A DNA stretch of 64,000 bases, taken from Escherichia coli (lineage in GTDB: Bacteria > Pseudomonadota > Gammaproteobacteria > Enterobacterales > Enterobacteriaceae). The stretch lies in the NCBI RefSeq assembly GCF_048403405.1, contig NZ_CP183129.1. One strand, written 5' to 3'. Both the position numbers and the translations under genes were made by a program. Each line of letters begins with the position of its first letter. Position 1 is the stretch's first letter. The notes beneath the pieces were generated by a model. The model saw nothing but the letters and a program-made list of their open reading frames with translations, was not told where the DNA came from and made no database searches. Positions 11,792-21,217 of this stretch are shown here, piece by piece.

Positions 11792-14218
11792 TTATATTTT
11801 TTCGATCTCGACCAGATTAGTGTGCTGCGGGTTTCCCTTCGCCAGTGGTGAAGGGCGCAGAGTGGTTAGCGTATTCACACAGCCGCCGTGGTCGATTTTA
11901 TCGCCAGACATATTGGCCTCGTGCCAGGCTCCCTGGCCCATAGCGCTAACCCCAGGGAGAATGCGTGGTGTTACTTTGGCTGGTAGCCGAACTTCGCCAC
12001 GATGGTTAAACACCCGCACCATATCGCCGTTGGCAATCCCACGTTTCTGTGCATCTATAGGGTTGATCCACACCTCCTGACGGCAGGCTGCCTTCAGGAC
12101 ATCAATATTGCCGTAGGTCGAGTGGGTACGGGATTTGTAATGGAAACCAAACAGTTGCAGTGGGAAGGTTCTACGTTCAGGGGAGTCCCAGCCTTCAAAG
12201 GTTGAGGCATAAACTGGCAGTGGGCTTATCACTTCATCTTTTTCCAGTTCCCAGGTACGGGCAATTTCCGCCAGCTTGCTGGAATAAATTTCAATCTTAC
12301 CGGAAGGCGTTTTAAGTGGATTTTCCTCGGGGTCGTCACGAAATGCTTTGTAGGCGACAAAATGACCATTGGGATCTTTACGCTTATAGATACCCATTTT
12401 TTTCAGTTCGTCGTAAGACGGTAACGCCGGATCTTTGGCAAGCATTTTGGCGTACAGATGTTGTAACCATTGTTCCTGCGTGCGACCTTCTGTGAACTTT
12501 TGATAGACGTCAGGTCCAAGACGTTTCGCGACCTCACTCAGGATCCAGTAAATCGGTTTGCGTTCGAATTTTTCGCTGGTGACTGGCTGGAGGAAAATGA
12601 GATATCCCATGTTACCGGCGTAGTCGTTAGGAATTATATCTTCCTGCTCAACGGTCATCAGGTCTGGCAGCAGAATGTCGGCATATTTTGCCGATGAGGT
12701 CATAAAGTTTTCGATGACCACAATCATTTCGCATTTCGATTCGTCCTGCAGAATTTCATGCGTTTTGTTGATGTCAGAATGCTGATTAACCAGGGTATTT
12801 CCCGCGTAGTTCCAGATGAACTTAATGGGCACATCCAGTTTATCTTTGCCCCGGACGCCGTCGCGGATTGCCGTCATTTGCGGGCCATGATCGATAGCAT
12901 CTGTCCAGCTGAAGCAGGAGATTGACGTTTTGACCGGATTATCCAGCACCGGTAGGCGTTCTATGGTAATGGTATAGGTCGATTCACGCGCGCCACTATT
13001 CCCGCCGCTGATGCCGACATTGCCCGTCAAAATAGGCAACATAGCAATAGCGCGTGCGGTCAGCTCACCGTTTGCCTGGCGTTGCGGCCCCCAACCCTGG
13101 CAGATATAAGCGGGTTTTGCTGTGCCAATTTCACGCGCCAGTTTGATGATACGGTCCACCGGGATACCGGTAATTTGCGAAGCCCACTGCGGCGTTTTCG
13201 CTGTTTTATCGTCACCTTCACCAAGAATATAGGCTTTATAGTGACCATTTTTTGGTGCATCTGCGGGTAAGGTTTTTTCGTCATAGCCGACGCAGTATTT
13301 ATCGAGAAAAGGTTGATCAACGAGATTTTCGTTAATCAATACCCAGGCAATACCCGCAACCAGCGCGGCATCGGTGCCCGGGCGAATAGGTAGCCATTCG
13401 TCTTCACGACCAGCAGCTGTATCGGTATATCGCGGATCGATAACAATCATTTTTGCGTTCGATTTCTCGCGCGCTTTTTCAAGAAGATAAGTGATGCCAC
13501 CGCCGCTCATGCGGGTTTCTGCCGGGTTGTTACCAAACATCACGACCAGCTTGCTGTTTTCAATATCCGTGGTGCTGTTGCCATCATTACTGCCGTAGGT
13601 GTAGGGCATGGCACAGGAAATTTGCGCGGTGCTGTAGGAGCCATACTGGTTGAGTGAACCGCCGTAGCAGTTCATCAGGCGTTTGACCGCCGAGGCGGAT
13701 GGCGAAGAGCGGGTCATATTGCCGCCAACGATCCCTGAAGAGTACTGAATATATACAGCCTCATTGCCATATTGTTCGACGGTTTTTTTCAGGCTACTGG
13801 CGATAGTATCCAGGGCTTCATCCCAGCTAATCCGTTCGAATTTGCCTTCGCCGCGTTTGCCCACGCGTTTCATTGGGTAATTCAAGCGATCGGGATGATT
13901 AATACGCCGACGGATGGAGCGACCGCGCAAACAGGCACGTACTTGATGATTGCCATACTCGTCGTTGCCGGTGTTGTCAGTTTCCACCCAGGTCACTTCA
14001 TTATCTTTAACATGCAGACGAAGTGCACAGCGGCTACCACAGTTGACGGAACAGGCACCCCAGACCACTTTCTCGCTGGCCTGCTGTACCGCTGCCGCTG
14101 CACTGCGCAGGGTGAACGGTAAAGAAAAACCGCCTGCAGCCAGCGCCAGAGAACCTATCGCGGTAGATTTAACGAGTGTTCTGCGGCTGATGCCCACCAT
14201 TTGTTCATTTTTGGACAT
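11792..14218 (-). CDS. ynfE: molybdopterin oxidoreductase catalytic subunit (DmsA paralog)
   Basis: 808 aa; Tat signal SRRTLVKSTAIGSLALAAG; highly similar to the adjacent ynfF product (tandem paralogs). Confidence 0.9.
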   Translation of the reverse strand: MSKNEQMVGISRRTLVKSTAIGSLALAAGGFSLPFTLRSAAAAVQQASEKVVWGACSVNCGSRCALRLHVKDNEVTWVETDNTGNDEYGNHQVRACLRGRSIRRRINHPDRLNYPMKRVGKRGEGKFERISWDEALDTIASSLKKTVEQYGNEAVYIQYSSGIVGGNMTRSSPSASAVKRLMNCYGGSLNQYGSYSTAQISCAMPYTYGSNDGNSTTDIENSKLVVMFGNNPAETRMSGGGITYLLEKAREKSNAKMIVIDPRYTDTAAGREDEWLPIRPGTDAALVAGIAWVLINENLVDQPFLDKYCVGYDEKTLPADAPKNGHYKAYILGEGDDKTAKTPQWASQITGIPVDRIIKLAREIGTAKPAYICQGWGPQRQANGELTARAIAMLPILTGNVGISGGNSGARESTYTITIERLPVLDNPVKTSISCFSWTDAIDHGPQMTAIRDGVRGKDKLDVPIKFIWNYAGNTLVNQHSDINKTHEILQDESKCEMIVVIENFMTSSAKYADILLPDLMTVEQEDIIPNDYAGNMGYLIFLQPVTSEKFERKPIYWILSEVAKRLGPDVYQKFTEGRTQEQWLQHLYAKMLAKDPALPSYDELKKMGIYKRKDPNGHFVAYKAFRDDPEENPLKTPSGKIEIYSSKLAEIARTWELEKDEVISPLPVYASTFEGWDSPERRTFPLQLFGFHYKSRTHSTYGNIDVLKAACRQEVWINPIDAQKRGIANGDMVRVFNHRGEVRLPAKVTPRILPGVSAMGQGAWHEANMSGDKIDHGGCVNTLTTLRPSPLAKGNPQHTNLVEIEKI

Positions 14219-14416
14219 AACTCACTCCCTGTTCTTTATCGTTATATAAAAGTTTATATATTGAATATTTAGCGCGCTAACAATAGAGGGAGTCTACCTA
14301 TTTTGGGTTAAGAATTATTAATCCATATCAATAGAAGGGTATGAGTAATAAGGTGGGATTATGTTGTATGTTCAAATCGCCGGATGTGTCGTATCCGGCG
14401 TGCAGTCGATAATGTA

Positions 14417-14722
14417 TTACTGCGGTTCGGCAGGCGCGCCATCCTGGGTAGACTGCGCGGGAGCAGAGACGTTACCGCTGGTGGTGCGGGTGTAGAGAAT
14501 TTTATGCGTATCATTAGCGCAATGCCCGACGACCTGGGAATCAGGCTGATCAACCTGGTCATTGGGTACAATACTTAACGTGAAGCTGCTTTCGGGAACG
14601 CCATTATTGATAATGCGCTGTGATATATCGCTCTGTATGCGCTCACAGGATCCCGGCGCGGCGAGTACCGCGGGTGAGGCGAGGGCGAGCAGAAGCGCGG
14701 CACAGCAGGTTGAGAGTTTCAT
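14417..14722 (-). CDS. ynfD: small secreted protein (DUF1161)
   Basis: 101 aa from MKLSTCCAALLLALASPAVLA, which carries a signal peptide. Confidence 0.8.
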   Translation of the reverse strand: MKLSTCCAALLLALASPAVLAAPGSCERIQSDISQRIINNGVPESSFTLSIVPNDQVDQPDSQVVGHCANDTHKILYTRTTSGNVSAPAQSTQDGAPAEPQ

Positions 14723-14829
14723 CATAAGCTCCTTACGCGAAGATAACTTCTTTAAGCATAGCATTTAACGTGTAAAGTACTGTATTTGCTACTATGATTG
14801 AGAATCATCTCTACTCTCTGGTGACTGTT

Positions 14830-15540
14830 GTGAAATACAAATTACTGCCATGCTTACTCGCGATATTCCTCACAGGATGTGACCGCACAGAGGTAACACT
14901 TTCATTTACCCCTGAGATGGCCAGTTTCTCTAATGAATTCGATTTTGATCCGCTGCGTGGTCCGGTAAAAGATTTCACTCAGACATTAATGGATGAGCAA
15001 GGTGAAGTGACGAAACGTGTTTCGGGGACTTTGTCGGAAGAAGGCTGTTTTGATTCACTCGAATTACTGGATCTGGAAAATAATACCGTGGTCGCTCTGG
15101 TACTGGACGCCAATTATTACCGTGATGCCCAGACACTGGAGAAAAGAGTTCGTTTGCAGGGAAAATGCCAGCTTGCTGAATTACCTTCTGCCGGGGTGAG
15201 CTGGGAAACCGATGATAATGGCTTTGTGATTAAAGCCAGCAGCAAACAGATGCAGATGGAATATCGCTATGATGATCAGGGGTATCCGCTGGGTAAAACC
15301 ACGAAAAGTAACGACAAAACATTATCTGTCAGCGCCACGCCATCAACGGATCCGATCAAAAAATTAGATTACACAGCGGTTACTTTACTGAATAATCAAC
15401 GGGTTGGTAATGTAAAACAGAGCTGCGAATATGACAGTCACGCCAATCCCGTGGACTGTCAGCTAATCATTGTTGATGAAGGAGTAAAACCCGCCGTCGA
15501 ACGGGTTTACACCATCAAAAATACTATCGATTATTATTAA
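14830..15540 (+). CDS. ynfC: UPF0257 lipoprotein
   Basis: Likely GTG start giving VKYKLLPCLLAIFLTGCD with lipobox LTGC; 236 aa. Confidence 0.8.
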   Translation: MKYKLLPCLLAIFLTGCDRTEVTLSFTPEMASFSNEFDFDPLRGPVKDFTQTLMDEQGEVTKRVSGTLSEEGCFDSLELLDLENNTVVALVLDANYYRDAQTLEKRVRLQGKCQLAELPSAGVSWETDDNGFVIKASSKQMQMEYRYDDQGYPLGKTTKSNDKTLSVSATPSTDPIKKLDYTAVTLLNNQRVGNVKQSCEYDSHANPVDCQLIIVDEGVKPAVERVYTIKNTIDYY

Positions 15541-15542
15541 TG

Positions 15543-16103
15543 CTATTGTGCGGTCGGCTTCAGTAGAGTCTGACCCGGTGTTTTGTGCTCTGCCAGATAC
15601 TGATGCTGGAATATGCACATGCGAATGGCATTACGATATTGACCATTAATAAAGAACTCGTGCATCAATTCACCTTCAACCGTAAAGCCAAGCTTGCGGT
15701 AAATGTGAATCGCTTTTTCATTCTCTTTATCGACGATCAGATACAGCTTATAGAGATTAAGAACGGTGAAGCCATAGTCCATTGCTAATTTTGCGGCACG
15801 CGTTGCCAGACCTTTCCCCTGATATTCCGGGGAGATAATTATCTGAAATTCTGCGCGGCGATGAACATGGTTAATTTCCACCAGCTCCACCAGACCGGCT
15901 TTTTCGCCGTCACATTCCACCACAAAGCGCCGTTCGCTCTGATCGTGAATATGCTTATCGTACAGATCAGAGAGTTCAACAAAGGCTTCGTAGGGTTCCT
16001 CAAACCAGTAACGCATCACACTGGCGTTATTGTCGAGTTGATGTACATAGCGTAAATCTTCACGCTCCAGCGGGCGTAGCTTAACACTGTGGGCGCTTGG
16101 CAT
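15543..16103 (-). CDS. speG: spermidine N1-acetyltransferase
   Basis: 186-aa GNAT acetyltransferase, [26 protein letters not shown]... Confidence 0.92.
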   Translation of the reverse strand: MPSAHSVKLRPLEREDLRYVHQLDNNASVMRYWFEEPYEAFVELSDLYDKHIHDQSERRFVVECDGEKAGLVELVEINHVHRRAEFQIIISPEYQGKGLATRAAKLAMDYGFTVLNLYKLYLIVDKENEKAIHIYRKLGFTVEGELMHEFFINGQYRNAIRMCIFQHQYLAEHKTPGQTLLKPTAQ

Positions 16104-16137
16104 AACGTGTCCTTACATTCCTTAAATCAATAACAGG

Positions 16138-16479
16138 TTAGGGGGTAATAACGCGGCCAGTTCGACGGTCCAGGCAGCGCAAAGTATTTGGCTCCCAGTA
16201 GGCATTGATGTTGGCGCTTTGCTCACATTTATCGCGGTTATCAAAAGCGGCGTCGGCTTTATCCCACTCTTTTTCAGTGCGTTTATTCACTTTCTGGCGC
16301 AGATTGCGCGTGTCATTCCATTGCTCTTTTTCCATAGCGGCGTGCTGGCGGCTTTGTGCACTGTCGCCAGACTCAATCACCAGTTTGTTAGTTTCGGCAT
16401 GAACAGTTGTGCTCAATGCCAGTGTGCAAGGCAGCAGAAAAGCGAGCAGGCCAATTCGTTTGCTGAGAGTAATTTTCAT
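16138..16479 (-). CDS. ynfB: DUF1283 secreted protein
   Basis: 113 aa with signal peptide [28 protein letters not shown]. Confidence 0.8.
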   Translation of the reverse strand: MKITLSKRIGLLAFLLPCTLALSTTVHAETNKLVIESGDSAQSRQHAAMEKEQWNDTRNLRQKVNKRTEKEWDKADAAFDNRDKCEQSANINAYWEPNTLRCLDRRTGRVITP

Positions 16480-16613
16480 AATTCATTCCCTATGTGAATG
16501 ATTAAAGGTGATTCTACACCATCCACTGCGAACGCAAAACGTACCAGGAGGATGTTTATATTGATGATATTATGTCGTCCTATAACTATACATGATGTCA
16601 ATAAGTGACAAAG

Positions 16614-16940
16614 ATGATTAAAACAACGTTACTATTTTTTGCTACTGCGCTGTGTGAAATTATTGGATGCTTTCTGCCCTGGTTGTGGTTAAAACGAAAC
16701 GCCAGTATCTGGCTGTTGCTTCCGGCGGGGATTTCTCTGGCACTGTTTGTCTGGTTGTTAACGTTGCATCCTGCGGCGAGTGGGCGTGTTTACGCGGCTT
16801 ATGGTGGCGTTTATGTCTGCACGGCGTTGATTTGGCTGCGCGTTGTGGATGGCGTGAAACTGAGTCTTTATGACTGGACGGGGGCGTTGATTGCGCTTTG
16901 CGGCATGTTGATCATTGTTGCGGGCTGGGGGCGCGCGTAA
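16614..16940 (+). CDS. ynfA: UPF0060 small inner-membrane protein
   Basis: 108 aa, four hydrophobic helices. Confidence 0.8.
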
Positions 16941-17145
16941 GGACATAAATCCATTTTATCAATAAGATACGAGGAAGTGTCAGCTGACAAAAGGTATTCT
17001 ATTTCATCTTTTGTCAACCATTCACGGCGTAAATATACGCCTTTTTTTGTGATCACTCCGGCTTTTTTTGATCTTCATACTTGTATGGTAGTAGCTCAGT
17101 TGCGTAGATTTCATGCATCACGACAAGCGATGCAAGGAATCGAAC

Positions 17146-18360
17146 ATGAAGATCGTAAAGGCTGAAGTTTTTGTTACCTGTCCGGGGCGTAATTTCGTCA
17201 CATTAAAAATCACCACTGAGGACGGTATTACGGGCCTTGGGGATGCCACCCTCAATGGACGTGAGCTTTCCGTGGCCTCTTATTTGCAGGATCACCTTTG
17301 TCCGCAGCTTATTGGTCGCGATGCACACCGTATCGAAGATATCTGGCAGTTTTTCTATAAAGGAGCTTACTGGCGTCGCGGCCCGGTGACGATGTCGGCC
17401 ATTTCAGCGGTTGATATGGCGCTGTGGGATATTAAAGCCAAAGCTGCCAACATGCCGCTTTACCAGTTACTCGGCGGCGCGTCTCGTGAAGGGGTGATGG
17501 TTTATTGCCATACCACCGGTCACAGTATTGATGAAGCTCTGGATGATTATGCTCGTCATCAGGAGCTGGGATTCAAAGCCATCCGCGTGCAGTGCGGAAT
17601 CCCTGGTATGAAAACCACCTACGGCATGTCGAAAGGTAAAGGTCTGGCTTATGAACCCGCAACCAAAGGACAGTGGCCGGAAGAGCAGCTGTGGTCGACG
17701 GAGAAATACCTCGATTTCATGCCGAAATTGTTTGACGCGGTACGTAACAAGTTTGGTTTTAATGAACATTTGCTGCATGACATGCACCATCGCTTAACGC
17801 CTATTGAAGCGGCGCGCTTTGGTAAAAGCATTGAAGATTATCGCATGTTCTGGATGGAAGACCCGACGCCTGCGGAAAACCAGGAATGCTTCCGTCTCAT
17901 TCGCCAACATACCGTCACACCCATCGCGGTGGGTGAAGTCTTCAACAGCATCTGGGACTGCAAGCAACTGATTGAAGAGCAACTTATCGATTATATCCGC
18001 ACCACGCTGACCCATGCAGGCGGAATTACCGGTATGCGCCGGATTGCCGATTTTGCTTCGTTGTATCAGGTACGTACTGGCTCACACGGTCCTTCCGATT
18101 TGTCACCAGTCTGCATGGCTGCGGCGCTGCACTTTGATCTGTGGGTCCCCAATTTCGGTGTTCAGGAGTACATGGGTTATTCCGAACAAATGCTTGAAGT
18201 CTTCCCGCACAACTGGACTTTCGATAACGGCTATATGCATCCGGGAGACAAACCGGGTCTTGGCATCGAATTCGATGAAAAGCTGGCGGCGAAATATCCC
18301 TATGAACCTGCTTATCTGCCAGTCGCACGTCTGGAAGATGGCACGCTGTGGAACTGGTAA
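17146..18360 (+). CDS. rspA: starvation-sensing protein RspA (enolase superfamily, mannonate dehydratase-like)
   Basis: 404 aa from [22 protein letters not shown]; enolase-superfamily fold. Confidence 0.9.
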
Positions 18361-18371
18361 GGAGTAAGATA

Positions 18372-19391
18372 ATGAAAAGCATTTTAATTGAAAAACCGAA
18401 TCAACTGGCAATTATCGAACGCGAAATACCCACCCCGTCAGCGGATGAAGTACGAGTAAAAGTGAAACTTGCCGGAATTTGTGGTTCGGATAGCCATATT
18501 TATCGTGGGCATAATCCTTTTGCGAAATATCCGCGCGTCATTGGTCATGAATTCTTTGGCGTCATTGATGCAGTGGGTGAAGGCGTGGAAAGCGCCAGAG
18601 TCGGTGAACGCGTTGCTGTCGATCCGGTGGTCAGCTGTGGGCATTGCTATCCGTGCTCTATAGGTAAGCCGAACGTTTGTACAACACTGGCTGTATTAGG
18701 TGTGCACGCTGACGGTGGTTTCAGTGAATATGCCGTGGTTCCGGCAAAAAATGCGTGGAAAATTCCTGAAGCAGTGGCCGATCAATATGCGGTGATGATC
18801 GAACCTTTTACCATTGCGGCGAACGTAACCGGTCATGGTCAACCGACTGAAAATGATACCGTTCTGGTTTACGGTGCCGGTCCAATCGGCCTGACGATCG
18901 TTCAGGTATTAAAAGGCGTCTATAACGTTAAAAATGTGATTGTTGCCGATCGCATTGATGAACGACTGGAAAAAGCGAAAGAGAGCGGGGCTGACTGGGC
19001 GATTAATAACAGCCAGACACCGCTTGGCGAGATTTTCGCTGAAAAAGGCATAAAGCCGACATTAATTATCGATGCGGCTTGCCATCCTTCAATCCTGAAA
19101 GAAGCCGTAACGCTGGCTTCTCCGGCGGCACGTATTGTATTGATGGGCTTCTCCAGTGAACCGTCTGAAGTGATTCAGCAAGGAATTACCGGAAAAGAAC
19201 TCTCTATTTTCTCTTCACGCTTAAATGCAAATAAATTCCCGGTCGTTATCGACTGGTTAAGTAAAGGGTTAATTAAACCAGAAAAATTAATTACCCATAC
19301 GTTTGATTTCCAGCATGTTGCTGATGCCATTAGTTTATTTGAACAGGATCAAAAACATTGCTGCAAAGTCTTACTCACTTTTTCTGAATAA
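18372..19391 (+). CDS. rspB: Zn-dependent alcohol dehydrogenase-family oxidoreductase RspB
   Basis: 339 aa; GHEFFG Zn-ADH motif and GAGPIG Rossmann motif; overlaps the rspA stop. Confidence 0.9.
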   Translation: MKSILIEKPNQLAIIEREIPTPSADEVRVKVKLAGICGSDSHIYRGHNPFAKYPRVIGHEFFGVIDAVGEGVESARVGERVAVDPVVSCGHCYPCSIGKPNVCTTLAVLGVHADGGFSEYAVVPAKNAWKIPEAVADQYAVMIEPFTIAANVTGHGQPTENDTVLVYGAGPIGLTIVQVLKGVYNVKNVIVADRIDERLEKAKESGADWAINNSQTPLGEIFAEKGIKPTLIIDAACHPSILKEAVTLASPAARIVLMGFSSEPSEVIQQGITGKELSIFSSRLNANKFPVVIDWLSKGLIKPEKLITHTFDFQHVADAISLFEQDQKHCCKVLLTFSE

Positions 19392-19448
19392 TACCAATAA
19401 CGGCGAGTAAGTAGTACGCATCTTACCTCTTTTTTAGAGATAACCATT

Positions 19449-19556
19449 ATGACAATAGAAAAACACGAAAGAAGCACTAAGGATTTGGTGAAAGCAGCAG
19501 TATCGGGATGGCTGGGCACAGCGCTTGAATTTATGGATTTCAAGAGTCATGCGTGT
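19449..19556 (+). pseudogene. ydfJ: 5' fragment of an MHS-family transporter gene interrupted by prophage insertion
   Basis: ATG at 19449 encodes MTIEKHERSTKDLVKAAVSGWLGTALEFMDF (metabolite:H+ symporter N-terminal G-x-x-LE-F/W-x-DF motif), then the frame ends within a few codons next to the integrase gene. Confidence 0.55.
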
Positions 19557-19578
19557 TAACTGTTTGATAAATATTAAA

Positions 19579-20874
19579 TTAATTTTTCATTGCTTCGTTA
19601 TGGGGCATGGTTGGGGCAAACTCGCTTAACTGTGTATTTAACAAAGCTACCTGTGCATTATTGTTTTCAGACATCCATTTTCCGTATACCTGAAATACCA
19701 TTTGCGCATCTGCATGGCCCATCTGGTTTGCTATAAATGCCGGGTTAGCACCAGCTGTCAGCGACCAGCAGGCATAAGTATGTCTCGACTGATATGATTT
19801 TCGATGGCGGAGTCCGGCACGTTTTATCGCTGCGTCCCACATCTGCCTTATTGAGTCAACGGTAAAATGGTCACCATAATTTTTTACTCTCGCTGACACT
19901 TCAGGTTGAAAAACAAAGGTGCATTTTTGTTTTTCTGTTCTGCCATACTCTCTGAGGTGAACATCAATGATATGCTCTTTGCTCAGTCTCGTTAATGTCA
20001 TCTGACTCCGGAGAGCGTCGATTGCTGGCTTAATAAGATGAATGACCCGATTGGTTCCCGCCTGTGTTTTTGGTACCGTGAAACGGTCTTTTGCTAAATT
20101 TCTCCTGATCATCATTGTTCCATTTTTCAGATCTATGTCCTCCCATCCAAGTGCACACAGCTCACCAGGGCGAACGCCAGTATAAACAGAAACACACCAT
20201 AAATTTTTGGCTTGCTGATTTCTGCACGCATCGATAAGACGGATGAATTCCTCCCGCGAAAGAGGATCCGGAATGGTTCTTGATTCCTTTAATGGCGAGA
20301 TCCCCTTAAACGGATTATCTGCCAGGTAACCGTTATCAACACCAAACTGGAACACGGCGTTAAGATTTGTCATGTAATTATTTACAGTTACAGCCGATCT
20401 CCCTGGTTGTGTAACAATATAGTTACTTTTGGGGATCTGGTATCCAGTCAGTAGCTCTTTACGAACCTCCAGTAATTTTTCTTTATTAATCGATGAGGCA
20501 AGATTTTTTTCACCGATTATGCTCAGGATATTTTTGATGACGGCACGGTATGTGTTGAGTGATGTTTTGGCGACTTCAGTTTCTTTCAGTGCCAGAAATT
20601 TTTCAGCCAGTTCTTTTATGGTTAAATCTTGTCGGGCCTCACCAAATTTTTCCAGATTGCGTGAGGAGGGAAACTGTTTTGCATAGTCGAAAACACCAGT
20701 TTTTATTGCGTAACAAACAGAGGAGCGTAGTTCACCTGCAACGCGCCTGTTTTTTGCTGTGTCAGGAACCCCCAGATTTTCCCTGACTCTTACGCCTTTA
20801 TAAACAAACCAGATACGTAATTTCCCTCCATGGTTTTCCACGCCTGTCGGATATTTCATTTCAACTTCTCTCAT
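19579..20874 (-). CDS. phage integrase (tyrosine recombinase)
   Basis: 431 aa; C-terminal catalytic region with RHTYACWSLTAGANPAFIANQMGHADAQMVFQVYGKW (R..H..Y signature). Confidence 0.88.
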   Translation of the reverse strand: MREVEMKYPTGVENHGGKLRIWFVYKGVRVRENLGVPDTAKNRRVAGELRSSVCYAIKTGVFDYAKQFPSSRNLEKFGEARQDLTIKELAEKFLALKETEVAKTSLNTYRAVIKNILSIIGEKNLASSINKEKLLEVRKELLTGYQIPKSNYIVTQPGRSAVTVNNYMTNLNAVFQFGVDNGYLADNPFKGISPLKESRTIPDPLSREEFIRLIDACRNQQAKNLWCVSVYTGVRPGELCALGWEDIDLKNGTMMIRRNLAKDRFTVPKTQAGTNRVIHLIKPAIDALRSQMTLTRLSKEHIIDVHLREYGRTEKQKCTFVFQPEVSARVKNYGDHFTVDSIRQMWDAAIKRAGLRHRKSYQSRHTYACWSLTAGANPAFIANQMGHADAQMVFQVYGKWMSENNNAQVALLNTQLSEFAPTMPHNEAMKN

Positions 20875-20893
20875 TAGTTAGTGTGGCTTTTAG

Positions 20894-21145
20894 TCAAGTA
20901 AGATGACGTCTTGGTCTCGCTGATGCCTGGCGCTCAATCCAGCGATCAATTTCTTCCAGGTTGTAAAAGCATGGACTGTTATCCCATGGCATACCGTCAT
21001 GAGCGACATGCTTATATTCCCTTCCTTCCATAAACGATTTTTCCCGGGCCTTTTTTAACGTACCTTTTTTTATTCCTTTCAGCGCAATTAACTGCTCTTC
21101 GGATACCCATTTGCCGGGAGAGACAATCATGATTACTTCGCTCAT
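20894..21145 (-). CDS. excisionase-like small DNA-binding protein
   Basis: 83-aa ORF immediately upstream of the integrase on the same strand; basic HTH-like core. Confidence 0.55.
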   Translation of the reverse strand: MSEVIMIVSPGKWVSEEQLIALKGIKKGTLKKAREKSFMEGREYKHVAHDGMPWDNSPCFYNLEEIDRWIERQASARPRRHLT

Positions 21146-21217
21146 CGATTTCTTTATCTCTTACATCAGACGAGCGCCGGTTGCAGAATACCAGTCACAA
21201 CCGGCGACAGTTGAACA

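Noticed and set aside
9374-14249. Numerous 60-200 aa ORFs on the plus strand
   Set aside because: All lie antisense to or in alternative frames within ynfF and ynfE; none has an RBS or protein-like composition.
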